Below, one piece after another: positions 25,410 through 38,000 of a stretch of 50,623 nucleotides of DNA. The notes beneath the pieces were generated by a model. That model did no database searches and was not told the DNA's origin. It saw nothing but the letters and a program-made list of their open reading frames with translations. Source of the stretch: Psammoneis japonica. Taxonomy: Eukaryota. The DNA lies in the NCBI GenBank assembly GCA_008632985.1, contig QPGO01000057.1, positions 405,346 through 455,968 on the forward strand, read 5' to 3'. The position numbers and the translations under genes were made by a program. Numbering within the stretch: the first letter of the stretch is position 1; the number at the start of each line of letters is the position of its first letter.

Positions 25410-26811
25410 CTGTGAAATGGGGGCACGTTTTCCCTGTGAGAGTGCCCACCCTCTGTCCCCACAAAACCTGCAAATTAAAATCATTTGCATTGTGCCACAA
25501 ACATTCTATTTTGTTGTTTGCATTTAAATCAAATGGTGCTGACAGAGACAACCAGCAGCTGCAGCTTGCTTTCTTGAAGCGCCGCTGCTGGCAGCCACTT
25601 GTTCATTGCCAAAAAGTGCAGAGCAGTCCCACGTTGTGAGAGCACAATGTGGACGAACCAATGCTGCTAACAGGAGCAGCAACATGGACTTGCCGGTGCA
25701 TCTGGTGCCACTGATTCTGGACCAGGCAAGTTTGCAGCAGGACAGCTGCTGGTGTTCCATGATTTGAAGTGCTGCCACTCTGTTCCACCTTGTTCATTGC
25801 CAAAAAGAGTGGAGCCCATTGTAAGAGCACAACACAGATGAACCAACACAACCCACGGGAACAGCAACATGGACTCACCAGTGCATCCGATGCCACTGAT
25901 TCTGGAGCAGGCAAGTTTGCAGCAGAGGTGCTGTTGCTCTGACCCACCTTGTTCATTGCCAAAAAGTGTGGAGCATGTTGTGAGAGCATGGTGTGGATGA
26001 ACTGACATGAATGGCAACACACACACTTGCCGTTGTGTTGGTGCATCCAGCACTGCTGATTTTGCAGCAACGTGGACACCGGTGTGTGGTGTGAGATGTT
26101 GAGCACCCATTCACTTTGCAGTGAAATGGGGGCACATTTTCCCTGTGAGAGTGCCCACCCTCTGTCCACACAAAACCTGAAATTAAAATCATTTGCACTG
26201 TGCCACAAACACTCCATTTTGTTGTTTGCATTTAAATTGAATGGTGCTGATGGAGACAACCAGCAGCTGCAGCTTGCTTTCTGGAAGTGCCGCTGCTGGC
26301 AGCCCCACTTGTTCATTGCCAAAAAGTGCAGAACTTGTTGTGAGAGCACAATGTGGATGAACCAACGCTGCCAACAGGAACAGCAACACAGACTTGCCGG
26401 TGCATCCGGCACCACTGATTCTGGACCAGGCGAGTTTGCAGCAGGACAGCTGCTGGTGTTCCATGATTTGAAGTGCCGCCACTCTGTTCCACCTCATTCA
26501 TTGCCAAAAAGAGTGGAGCCCATTGTGAGAGCACAACACAGATGAACCAACACAACCCATGGGAGCAGCAACATGGACTCACCAGTGCATCCGATGCCAC
26601 TGATTCTGGAGCAGGCAAGTTTGCAGCAGAGGTGCTGTTGCTCTGACCCACCTTGTTCATTGCCAAAAAGCATGGAGCATGTTGTGAGAGCATGATGTGG
26701 ATGAACTGACATGAACGGCAACACACACACTTGCCGTTGTGTTGGTGCATCTGGCGCTGCTGATTTTGCAGCAACGTGGACACCGGTGTGCAGTGTGAGA
26801 TGTTGAGCACC
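25410..26811. repeat. Tandem duplication of a ~700-bp unit (25410-26107 and 26119-26811) with shorter internal sub-repeats
   Basis: gtgaaatgggggcac...gagagtgcccaccctctgtcc at 25412 and 26121; recurring gttcattgccaaaaag sub-motif. Confidence 0.9.
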
Positions 26812-26899
26812 TGCAAAGTGTGTGTGATGTGGAGCACCCAGTTCCACCCCTGTGGCTCAAAGAAAACACAGAAAGAAAGCATGCGAGCAAGCAAAAAAC

Positions 26900-27270
26900 A
26901 TCTCAAGTGCCACAGAGTGCACTTGCTGGAATGGCTGCGGGAACAAGCACCGCCTGCATGTGCGCCACACTGCACCAGGTGCTGCACGAAACACAAAGTC
27001 ATGTGGCAATGACTGAGTTTGCCCCACACCTCCTGTGCTGCAGACGGTTCATCAACGACATGTTTAGAGCATGGACCAGAAACAGCAGAGAGACTTGGGA
27101 AGCCTTTGAAAATGAGCTTGGCAACTCAGGCAACCTCCAGTGGGTTGCCTCCCCACTCTCCACCTCTGCAGTTTTTCTGGATCTGGACAAAAAATGGAGA
27201 AGATGGATGCAACGCAAGTGAATGCATCAAAAACCAATGAAGCTCTTTTTGTGCATGCCTTTTTTGAAGA
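26900..27270 (+). mobile_element. Penelope-like reverse transcriptase remnant
   Basis: GMAAGTSTACMCATLH...LLCCRRFINDMF..W...VFLDL...HQKPMKLFLCMP matches the PLE RT pattern G.AMGT..AC.YATLY...YYRRFIDDIF..W...FLDL...YQKPMNLYLYIP. The 3' part is partially duplicated at ~27340-27450. Confidence 0.75.
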
Positions 27271-30048
27271 GTGTCACACATGTGGCAAAGAACTTTTCAT
27301 GCGCATGTGATTCTGAGAGCTGCAGGAACAAGCACCACCTGCAGTCTTTCTGGATCTGGACACAAAAATTGGAGAAGACAGACGCGCCATTGGTGAAAGC
27401 ATCAAAAACCAATGAACCTCTTTTTGCACATGCCTTGTTTGAAGAGTGTCATTTGTGGCAAATTGCAGTGATTCTGGGTGCAAAACTCTGACATGCGCAA
27501 TTGCACCAATGCTGCAGAAAAGCAAGTTTGTGGTGTGCGTGCACACAACAACATGCCAGCAGCTCAGCATTCTGGATGCGGCAGATTTGTGACAGCACAC
27601 TCACGACAACAAAGCTCAAGCTGCACCCCAATCAAAACCTGTCTTGACCAACCAGAAGGACAGCAGGTTTCATCACAGCATGTTGAGCCACTTTCATCAG
27701 CCAGTGGGGTGAAGCATTTCACCGCCATGGCCAGTTGTTGATTTGCAGATTTGCAACCATGCTCAGAATCCATGTGAATCACAACAGCACATGCTCTTGC
27801 TTTTTTTGACTTTTGGGGTGAGGGTGCACTGTTGTGAAGTGTGTGGAAATTTGCATGATGTGTGAAAACAATGCCAAAAACACTGCAGACCAAGGGGCTG
27901 TGAAAACCTGGGAAGCATGAAGAGGCAATTTACAATGGAGGGTGGGTCAGGTGTGTGTGTGAAGTAGACGGCACACATGCAAACACAAACGCATGTGAGT
28001 TGAGGAGGGCCAAAGTGGAAACCAAGTTCAAATTGATGACTGTCAAAAGGAAGCCAAACCATGCATCACAAAACATGGATGCCAACTCCAACCAAGTTGA
28101 ACATTGCACTCATTTGATTGAAGCTTGTGCAAGAAAAGCCAATGAGACATCAGACAAAATGCAAAAAACAACTGCAATTTGTTGAGCTCTGTTGCCGGCA
28201 GTTTTCAAATTTTGCTTGTTGACAATTTTGACAACGCACATTAAAAACTTACAAAGGAAAGTGGAGACCACTGTGTTGCGGCCTCTGATGAAATTAAAAC
28301 AAGTTAAGAAGTCAAAGCAGACATCAGCCAACTGAGTCAGCTGTCCCAGCCCATGCCACCACCCAGCAAGAGTGAAAGCTTTTCACCGGCCACCTCCTCC
28401 ATGAGCATGTTGGCAAGGTTTGTGACCCCAAAAACATGTCCATCAACAATTTTCCCAGCTTCCTGCAAGCACTGGACAGCAAAGTGTTGAGCATCAGTGT
28501 GTCCACACCTTTCAGCAGGAACCTGGTGGCTGGCCATCTTGACAACCGCAGGTTGTCACAGGGGCAACCTTGAAGTCCATTGCAGCCTCCATTGCAGCCT
28601 CCATTGGGCCTGGCATTTCCTGTCCATGAGACAGCTCAACATCACAGGTCAGTCAGAGGAAGAGCATTTTGCAGCACATGCAAGTGTTTTCACAAAGGGG
28701 GTGACAAACACAGCAAACTCAGGGGCAGCCACATTTCCACAAGCTCAGCGACATTGGCCAAACCTTGTTCCACACATTGGATGGAGTTTGGCAACACTCT
28801 TGGAAATTTGTTCTGTTGGCAAGTGATTTGTTCCCTTGTCAAAACAAACATGCTTTGCTCTGCAATCTTGATCTTGTCAGCAGAGGCCCCGTGCCAAAGA
28901 GCGCTTTTCATGACCACCGCGCCATGCAGAAAGCCTTTCCCTTCTTGGAGAGCAGGTGCGCAGCTTGGCTGAACATCAGCACCCTGGCCACCAAATCAAA
29001 AAAATTGAATTTGCAACAAATTCCAAATCCCCGCACAATTGCCATGCGGCAAGTTGAGAAACGACCCTTGTTGTCACCCTCAAAGATCGTCTTGCGACGC
29101 AGGCAACATCCTCTGGTGCCACTCAAGGTGCAGGCGTTCTTTCTGCTTTGATTGAGAAAAGAAATGATGCACAAGAAAGGACAAGAAATCATTGTTTTCA
29201 AAGGAAACCATCTTTTCCTGACTGCAACTCATGCCGACGCATCTCAAAATTTCAACAAAAACGACCTTTTTGGACGATTGCACACTGCCTTTCGTCACAA
29301 ACAAAACACATCAAACAACTCTTTTTTTTTTTTAAATGACAACAACCCAATTGGTGCATTGTTTCATGTCACTCACAGACCTGTGGTTGTTGAAACAGTG
29401 GCATTTGCTCATTTGAAGTGAAAAATGAAGTGCTCTGAGACCTCGCACATGCTCCCGTCATTGTGAAAAACACGAGCTGTTTGTCTTTGTAAATTAATTT
29501 GCAACTCGCAAATTTTGCATCGCAGTGGCTGGTGGTCAAATCCAAAGACAACAGCCAAAAGTGCAGAGAGCATGAGATCCTCAATTTTTCCAGCAGCTGC
29601 AGCAGCTGGAGCAGAACCCTGGTCTGTGGAAGGAGCAGCACCCCAGGTTCCAAAAGCAACAACGGTCAAAAGCATGTGGCCAAAAAAAGCAAGCAGCAAA
29701 GTCACAACTTGCAATGGTGGTTGCACTCAATGATGTGTTGTTGTCATGTCCATTGTCATTCGATGTTTAGGTTTGGAATCATTGTTCATGGTTGATGCAG
29801 TGTTGATGCGATGCGATGCGTTGCGAGGATGATGTGCGAAGCAATCATCCGCGTTCTATCCCGCGCAGTCCCACGTGCGCGGATCGATCCCTGTTTCGAC
29901 GTCGCGCCTGCTATGACGACGCTCAACGTGATATTTGGTATTGTACGGTAGATCGCCGATAGATGCGCGGACACTTCAGTCAACCGCATCGCATTGCAAC
30001 AGAGTGGACAGAACCTAAAACATTATCGTTTCGTTCCTGCCCGTCATC

Positions 30049-32382
30049 ATGAAAAAAATGAATAACAAGTTGTATACCTCGAGGACCTATGGGGATCATG
30101 AGGTGGACGACGAAGAGTTTGCTCGTCGTCCACCCGCCGTCCCTTCTGCTCGCTATGGAGAACGCAATGATGATAAAGATGATGAAGGTCCGTATGAAAT
30201 GCATTTTGCGACTTCCTCCGAACACGTGGTTGCCTCGAGAACCGTCGTTAAAAATGAGGCGGACGTGAAACGCGGGTCAAAAAAGAGGACGACCAGACGA
30301 GATCATCATCATGCCGCAACGGCTGCATTTCCAATAGCAGCCCAAGAAACACCTCTTCCCCCACAGGATCCCAAGAGGCAGTGTCTGCACCACCGGGACA
30401 GAGTCGTGCGTCCCCAGAGCAAGTAGATTGGGCTGTTGCTGGTGAGTTTCCCACCAGGGATGTGACTCCTGGTGCTGTTGCGGTGGCTGGTGTTGGAGGA
30501 GTGGTCGAGCAATCGAATCGCACGATTGTTATTGGTGACGGCAGTGCTGATGAGCCTCACGTACAATCAGCATCACAACCGCAACAACCAGAGGAGCCTG
30601 CATTGGCATCAGCTTGGCTCGTGGAAGAGGAGGAGAACAGGCAGGATGCTTCGTGGTGGACCATTGACTTGAAGAATCGTCGAACGATTTGTGTCCTCAT
30701 AATTGTGCTGCTGGGTATAGTTGCCCTTGCTGTAGGCATTAGTGTGGCAATAACCTCAACCAACAACGGGAATGATGGTGGTGGTAGCGGGACTGGAGGC
30801 ACTGCTGAAAGCAGTCTTCGGGTCGTTGGAAGCAGCGACGTTCCGCTCGCGGCGTGTCAGGGCGCTTGCAATTCAGACGCCGATTGTCAGTCAGGGCTCA
30901 AGTGCTATCAGCGAGAAGCATTTGAAGCAGTGCCAGGCTGTACCGGTACTGGCATTAGCGGCACAGATTACTGCTACCAACCAATCACCACTCAGGAGCC
31001 GACCACGCCACCAGTTTCGTCCATACCGTCTACTCCCCAACCAACCTTGGTGTCTACTCCACCACCAACCTCAGCTTCCACTCCATCACCAAGTGTGGCA
31101 TCTACTCTCGAGTCCACCTTGCCACCAACCCCCGAACCAAGCTTGCCGCCGACTCCCCGACCAACGGTAAGCACTCCAATGCCCACCGTTTTTACTCCTG
31201 CGTCTTGGGTGCAGGTGGGAGGGGACTTGAATGGAGAATCCTTTTCTGGTTCATCCTTGTCGTTGTCTGGAGATGGAACTACAGTGGCTATTGGAAACAA
31301 GGGAGAAGGTTCCACCAGAGGAAGAGTGACTTCGTTTCAACTGGTGGACAATGTTGCCTGGACTTCTCTGGCACAGAATATTGTGGGACTAGAACCGGGG
31401 AATGAGTGCTGTCGATCGGTATCGCTGTCCGAGGATGGCACGGTCGTGGCGTTTGGCTCCCCCAGAAGCAATTCTACTGCAAGCCATGTCAGCGTTTATC
31501 GCCTTGAAGGTAACACCTGGCGGCCGTTTGGGACTCGTATTTCTGGACTCCTTAGTACCGGCTTTAGGTCTCTTCAACAAAGTGAGGGCGAACTCTTTGG
31601 TTGGTCTGTTTCGTTGTCGAGCAATGGGACAGTTCTTGCCGTGGGGGCGCCACTACACGAGACTCCATGATACTAGGACAGGTTCGAGTGTATCGCTATG
31701 TCAATGAAGATTGGGAGCAATTTGGCCAAGTCCTAGATGACGGCGGAACGTATCAGTACTCGGAATTTGGGCGTTCCGTGTCCTTGTCGGGCGATGGCAT
31801 GGTCCTTGCGGTAGGGGCGCCCGAGTATGACTCGCCCTTTGACCACATAGGTCAGGTTCAAATTTTTGCCTACGAGGGTACTGGGTGGCGATCTCTCATC
31901 AGCGAGGGAATCTTTGGCGAGACGCGACTGGAACGGTCGGGGACGTCTGTCGCGCTTTCCCGAGACGGAAAGACGGTTGCGATTGGGGCTCCTCTCAATG
32001 AAGCAAATGTGGGAAGAGACGCGGATTTTGGTAGTGTTCGAGTTTTTCGACGCTTCAGCAATCAATGGAGTCAGGTGGGTCAAGATATCGATGGGAAGTG
32101 TTTGGAGGTAAGCTTGGTACCTCGGTTGGGTTGTCGAGTGACGGCAATGCTGTCGTCGTCGGGTCGCCTGGGAATGGAACTGGTTATGCTCAAGTCTATA
32201 AGCTTGACGAAGGCATTTGGACTCAGATTGGCGATGACCTTGAAGGCGAATATGAAGGAGATGCGTTTGGCACATCGGTATCACTATCAAGCAACGCAGA
32301 CATGGTTGCAGTTGGTGCCCCGATGAATCAAGAGGGACGCGGCACGCCGGGAGGCCATGCAAGGCTTTTTCGTTTGCGGTAG
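30049..32382 (+). CDS. Single-pass membrane protein with frustulin-type ACR domain, Pro/Thr/Ser stalk and FG-GAP-like beta-propeller; three apparent frameshifts (~30378, ~31661, ~32096)
   Basis: TM ICVLIIVLLGIVALAVGISVAI; CQGACNSDADCQSGLKCYQR...VPGC.G....DYC; PTP-rich linker; repeated FGxSVSLSxDGxxLAVGAP. Confidence 0.8.
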
Positions 32383-32638
32383 CAACGACTTAGAGCTACA
32401 TGTTCCGCGACAATGAACGTCCTTCGAAAAAGGCCAAACTGCTATTTCGTAGCAGAAAGAAGTACGGTGCAATACGGTATGCTATTGGAAGAAGATTAAC
32501 AAAGAGGAGAATTGTCTGTAGTCTCATCCTTTACTATCGTAGAGAATACCGTTACTCAGTCAGCGTGCAAACAATGAAATGCCACCGACGTTTTTTTGCT
32601 TGGAACGAACTCGTGATTGCAAAATTTCGTACTTGGAG

Positions 32639-33956
32639 TTATTGTCTACCGATCCCGTCTTCCTCTTCTCCTTTTTCTTGTCGACGCACTTCCAAGACGT
32701 ATACTTGCTTGCGTAGCGATCCACCGTCCTCATTGTTATCGTCAATATCATTGTCATTGTTTTGCTCCTCTTGCTCTGATTCAACCAGCGTATACCGCCA
32801 CGCCAAACATTCCCAGTGCATCCTCGCATTTGGATGGCCTCAACGACCGATTCCACCGTGGTAAACATGGTACTAAAGTCAGTTCCAACAAGACCACTCC
32901 CATTACTTTCAATAGCATCATTGTTGTCGCGTCGCTGCAGAGACAGAATAAAACTGGCCTTGGGCGCTGCATCAAAAATGCTTGAAACCGTGTCCAGCAA
33001 TGCTTCCAACATGGACGTAAGCCACACACAATCGCTGGCGACGATCAAGTCTACATTGTTCAAGTAGCGCACATGCTGCAATTGATTATGTAACGGCTTG
33101 GTCCAGTCCAGTGGTGTGGCTGCTGCGAAACCGCGAGTACCACAACCAGCACCAGCAGGAGAGCTCATCGGATAAACCTCCGAGTAAGACGCCAAGGCTG
33201 ACAACCACTCTGGCGGCGAATGCATTGATTCATCATCCCCATCTTCACTCTCTACAGAATTTCTTTTCAAATTGGGCTCGACGGAATGCTCTACGAGGGT
33301 CGGCAGATCGGTGAGCAGTACATGGTTGGTACCTGACGCCGCTGCCAAGCTGATCCCTACCAGACCGACGCCGGCTCCCAATTCCAAAATGTTGGTGGTC
33401 CTATTCATGTAGCCTCTGCATTCTTTCCCCAAAAGTAGTCTTTCCTGCCAGTAAATCAGCCGTGGTGGGTCAGCTCTACTGCTGTTGTTATCACCTGAAT
33501 AAGAATACAACAAGGACTCTAACAACAAGCGTGAGCCGGCCCATACTTGAAAGCCCGTCCGACCAGCAAGTGTGTATCCGTCATCAAAAAAGAAGGGATC
33601 AACCTGATGTTGCTCATCTTCTTGTTCTTTTTTTTATTACGTTTCATACGCATAACCTCATTGGTCAATACATGTTTGTCGCCTCGACTGGCATCCAAGA
33701 CTCCGACTGATCTGTCTCGGCAACGAAATGCAAGGCGACCTGGTGGAGATGGTACCGTACAATAAAATTCAATACGACCTGGATTTTCATACTCATCATA
33801 TGTATCTACATCTTGCAGCTTCTGTTCTCCACATTGAAAGTTGGATGGGATGCAGCGGGGTTGCAGCTTGGAATTGTTCTTGTTGTTGTTGCATACAATC
33901 ACGTCATGACAGAGCACGGTATGGTGCTGGGTAGCAGTGGATGTTGATGGTTCCAT
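32639..33956 (-). CDS. SAM-dependent protein-lysine methyltransferase (METTL21/family 16-like); two apparent frameshifts (~33630, ~32820)
   Basis: DPFFFDDGYTLAGRTGFQVWAGSRLL, ILELGAGVGLVGI, LLTDLP, LDW, IVASDCVW. Confidence 0.85.
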
Positions 33957-34547
33957 GACGTCTCTTTCTTCCTCTAACTCTCTCTATTTCTATCTGTAAA
34001 GTTACACCGCGCTACTCTGAAACAACCCAACGACAGTAACAACACAAGAACAACAACAACTCTACTCTCTACTCTCTCTAGACCCTACGATCGTTTGATC
34101 TTTCGTCGACTTCGAGATGTTGTGTGTTGTGCTTTTTACTTTGTGAACGAGCGCTCGCGCGCGACAACATGAAGTTGAAGCAGCACAACTTCCTAACTCT
34201 GAAAAATTTTGCGGGAAACACTCTCCACTCTGTCGCGCGCAATGGCTTAGCTGGTACTGAAGCTACGTAGAAACCTACGTAAATGAGAGTTTTTTCCAGA
34301 TCATGCGCGATGACGGACCAAGAAAGATGGCGCAACGTGATGTCGTCATTCGCTTGAGTTCGGACGGACGGCGACTATCTTTTGGTGTCACAATACAGTA
34401 GTTGCAAGCTGCTGCAATTCTCATTGATTGTTTCGAAGGCTTCTTTACCTCTCGACTCGAGTCTGAGCTACACGTATCCGTATACCGGCATTGAATTCTG
34501 TCTGGTACACTTCCCACTTCCCTTGAATCACTCTATTACTCTGTACA

Positions 34548-35887
34548 ATGCGCACTCTTGTTCCCGTTGCTGTGGGTTTGGGGAGTTTTTCTCTGGCTCT
34601 GAACGCTGCAGTAGTAGTCGATGCGTTTGTACATCCAACCGCACTGTTGCATCAGAGCCGTCCCCAAAGAAGAACTGCGGTTGTTAATGCCGTGATTAAT
34701 TCCGCTAGCGACACGGATACTACCGTAGTCGCCTCGAGACCCACAAAGACATTGGGGCTGTTAACCTTTGATTTAGACGACACTCTTTACCCGCTAGCAC
34801 AAGTCTCTGAAGAAGCCAACGCTGCGTTTGCAAGGGCCATGGAGAGTTACGGTTTTGAAGGAATCAACCCCGTTGACATTGTAGAGACAGGAAAGGAGAT
34901 TCGAGAAGAAATGGATCCTGCCGAGGCGGCTGTTCTAACGCATACCGAAGTCAGGACGCTGGCGATTCGAAGGGCAATGGAAAATGTCATTTTTGAACGA
35001 AAGCTACAAGCCTGCGCCGATGACTGGGCCACGCCGGTTTCCAGCTTGGCACCTCTTGTCGTTGAGAATGCTAAAAAGTACGTCTTTGTCCAGTTTTTTG
35101 TGATTGTATTTGTTCGCAGTCTCACTCGCATATCCTCTATCCTACTCGTTTCTCTTTTTCCAAAAGGTGGGCCCGCAACGCCGTGTCACCCTCTTTGGTA
35201 TCTTCGGTGTTGAACGCATGGGAAATGGAACGACACCATGCAGCGGAACGAAATTTGTATCCCGAGGTTGTAGAAGTCTTTGAGCAAATTAAAAAGGACC
35301 ATCCCGGTGTCATTATTGGAGCAGTGACGGATGGACGGGCCAACCCTCTCTTCATGACCTTTACACTTGCACCGTTTTTTGATTTTTGCATGAGTTGGGA
35401 AGACGACCAGGGAGGGAGACGAAAGTTCTTTCAAGAACTGGACAATGTGGACGGAAACGCGGAATTGACGTGGATCTACGATGCAGCATACGCAAAGTAC
35501 AAAGAACTCGCCGAGGCTGCGGCCGCCTTGAAACGGAAAAAGGACGGAAGCGACGCTCCACATGAACCATTTGCCAATGGTGAACCAGTTTGGATTCATG
35601 TAGGAGATGACTTGGCGTATGATGTTGGTGGTAGTTCCGCTTGTGGAGCAAAGACTATCTTGGCGGAGCTTGCCGAACAGTATGGACAAACTGCAAGGTT
35701 TCGCTTCGACAATGACGATAAATCAGTAGGAGCCGCATCGTGGTCCACGTCCAGTCAACGAGAACTGGATAAGCGGCGCATTATGAATGAAGCTGCCCAA
35801 GAACACGTCAATGAAAAGATACTCTTTATGAGTCAGTTGCCAGAGGCGATACAGAAGATCCTGGAGAAGACTAGAGGAGTAGTATGA
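34548..35887 (+). CDS. HAD-superfamily hydrolase, probably plastid-targeted; intron 35078-35166
   Basis: Motif I TFDLDDTLYP, VTDG, motif IV WIHVGDDLAYDV. Presequence VDA-F. GT-AG intron restores frame. Confidence 0.88.
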
Positions 35888-36456
35888 GTCTCGGTGCTAC
35901 CTTGTCGAATGTTTTCGGTGATTTGGATTGGATTGGTAGTTGATAATAAAGAAAATAGTGCCAGATTCAAAGAACTATGTACCAACATTTCTTGCAAGTC
36001 ACTTACGTTATCATGCCATCACGATCTTGGTACTGTAGATCAGCAGAACTCCTATGTCAAGAGTGGCGTGTTCCATTCACATTATAGATAACGACCCGCA
36101 CGCGACAACCCAGGAGCCCTCGCATCAAAGACAGGCAACGGATGACATGGCACATGATCTGCTACATGAAATAGAGGACATTGTGACGTCCAAAACGTTG
36201 CAGGAGCGCCTTATACATCGCATTGAAGGCACTTATCGACTGCCATTTGGAAAAATCAGGACGACAGCAGGTGCTCCAACTGTCTGCTTTTGCGTCGCGT
36301 GACAGTTAACGAGGAACAACATAATGCGGTCTAAAGGTTAAAGGCATAACATTTATTACATTTTGCAGCGCCGCGCACAAATTGTCTAGATAACACTATC
36401 ATCCAATGTCTCGGCATCAACTTGAATTCTAATGCTACTGCATTTGCTCTTGATAT

Positions 36457-38000
36457 TCACTCGACATCACTGGATGGTTCCACAATGCCTCCAGCCTCTA
36501 CGTCGGGAGTAGCAGCATCTTCATTGCCATCCGTAGCTTGCCATTCGGTTTTCAGGTTGGCAGACTCGTCTCCATCGCTTCGTACGGGCACTGCAATTTC
36601 GTTACGCCGAACAATTGGAATAGTATAGGGCGGATTGTACTGGAACACAACATGCGGCACAACAGCTCCATGTGGGACATCAATCTCTATGCCATCCAAC
36701 TCCAATCGTGAAAGGAGCGCATCCTTTTGACGGCATACTTCACCCTTGGTGACAAATCCTGTGAATCGCGCTACAGCCAGTCGGGCCGGAGGTACATCGA
36801 CAATCTTGACGGCACCCTTTTCATAAAAGCCATTAGCATCTTCTTGCAAAGGATCCGGGAAACCCTTCTCGTCGCTCTCACTGTCGTTTCGGAGATAAAA
36901 GCGCATTTCACCCAATGATGTTGTGGCCACCGGCGTCGTCATGGCCATGGTCTTGCCCTCATCATTGGCTCCAAACAGATAGGCAGCAAGCGTATTGAAG
37001 GCGGCTCCTCCACTTGCCAAATCGTCTACGGAGTAAGGCTCATCCACCTTTGCCATGTTGGTTGAGGCCACCACGTATCCTTCGTATTCACGAATCTCAT
37101 AGCCCTCTCCCTCTTGTACCACTTTATAAGCCGGGCCCACCAAACCTTGCGGTGTTTCCGAAAAGATGTTCTTCGCTTCGATTCCCACGCTTTCAATCTG
37201 CCGGGTGAGTCGCTTTGGAATGCGAGAAGGGTCCTGCAAATCTCCTTGGAGCAGTTCGAGATTGCGCCTTGCTTGATTGGAGATTGCATTGAAAATACTG
37301 GATCCCACCTTCGGAAGCAATGTTGGTAAATCGGACGGGGGTTGTTGCGATTTCTGAGTGGCCGCCGCGATTCCCGGTAATATATCATTCGTCAACTGAC
37401 GAGCCACGGCTCGAGTTCCGTCTTGGAGTTTCTTGCTTTTCGGTGTGAGGAGAGAATCGATCTATAAAATGAACGTGAAGAAAAGTAGAAACAGGCGACG
37501 GGAGGGAAACGGTAAGCAGATAAACGAAGAAAAACATTGATGACAAGGAAATACTTCCGGCACCGGATCCCATCAACACAGTGCAGCCGCAACGAGAATG
37601 CAATACCCACCTTTCCATCTCGGAGTGCAGCTTGTACGCTATCGCGAATTTCTTCATTTGCGCTCAAGAGATCATTAAGAAGGATTTGTCGTCGAGCAAG
37701 AGATGTGGTTGGATCTAAAAGCTCATCCAAACTAGCTTGCCACGAAGCCTCTACTTTTTCTTCTTGACCAAACATCTCTCCTTCGGATTCTTCTTCTTCT
37801 TCTTCAAGGCTATCGGCAAAGGCAGAGAAGGCGTCTGCGCTTGCAGTAGCACTGCCACCACTGCTACTCTCCGACAATGCCACCAAGGACGAAACAGCAT
37901 GGCCGTGACGACACTGCCCCGTCGTTGATACAATGCCAAAACCTGTCGCTGGTTCTAAAAGCAACAACAATAGCGTCGTTGCACCAAACAGCAACTTCAT
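36457..38000 (-). CDS. SOUL heme-binding family protein, probably plastid-targeted; intron 37462-37610
   Basis: YEIREY, AFNTLAAYLFGAN, MAMTTPV, QYNPPYTIPIVRRNEI. Presequence ATG-F. Intron restores frame. Confidence 0.9.

Larger units (their letters stand above)
23590..29790. repeat. Degenerate transposon-derived block depleted in TpA and CpG
   Basis: Abrupt compositional switch, internal tandem duplication, retroelement RT remnant, almost Tyr-free ORFs. Confidence 0.85.

Noticed and set aside
25410..26811. Possible CRISPR-like array (recurring gttcattgccaaaaag)
   Set aside because: The intervening sequences are homologous to each other rather than unique spacers; no cas genes; eukaryotic context.
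23588..29795. Many Cys/His-rich ORFs resembling metal-binding proteins
   Set aside because: Explained by loss of TAA/TAG and Tyr codons in mutated repeats; they overlap in all frames and show no coherent domains.
5836..38000. Functional cluster of plastid-targeted genes
   Set aside because: Functions are unrelated and plastid-targeted genes are common in diatoms; no evidence beyond chance.
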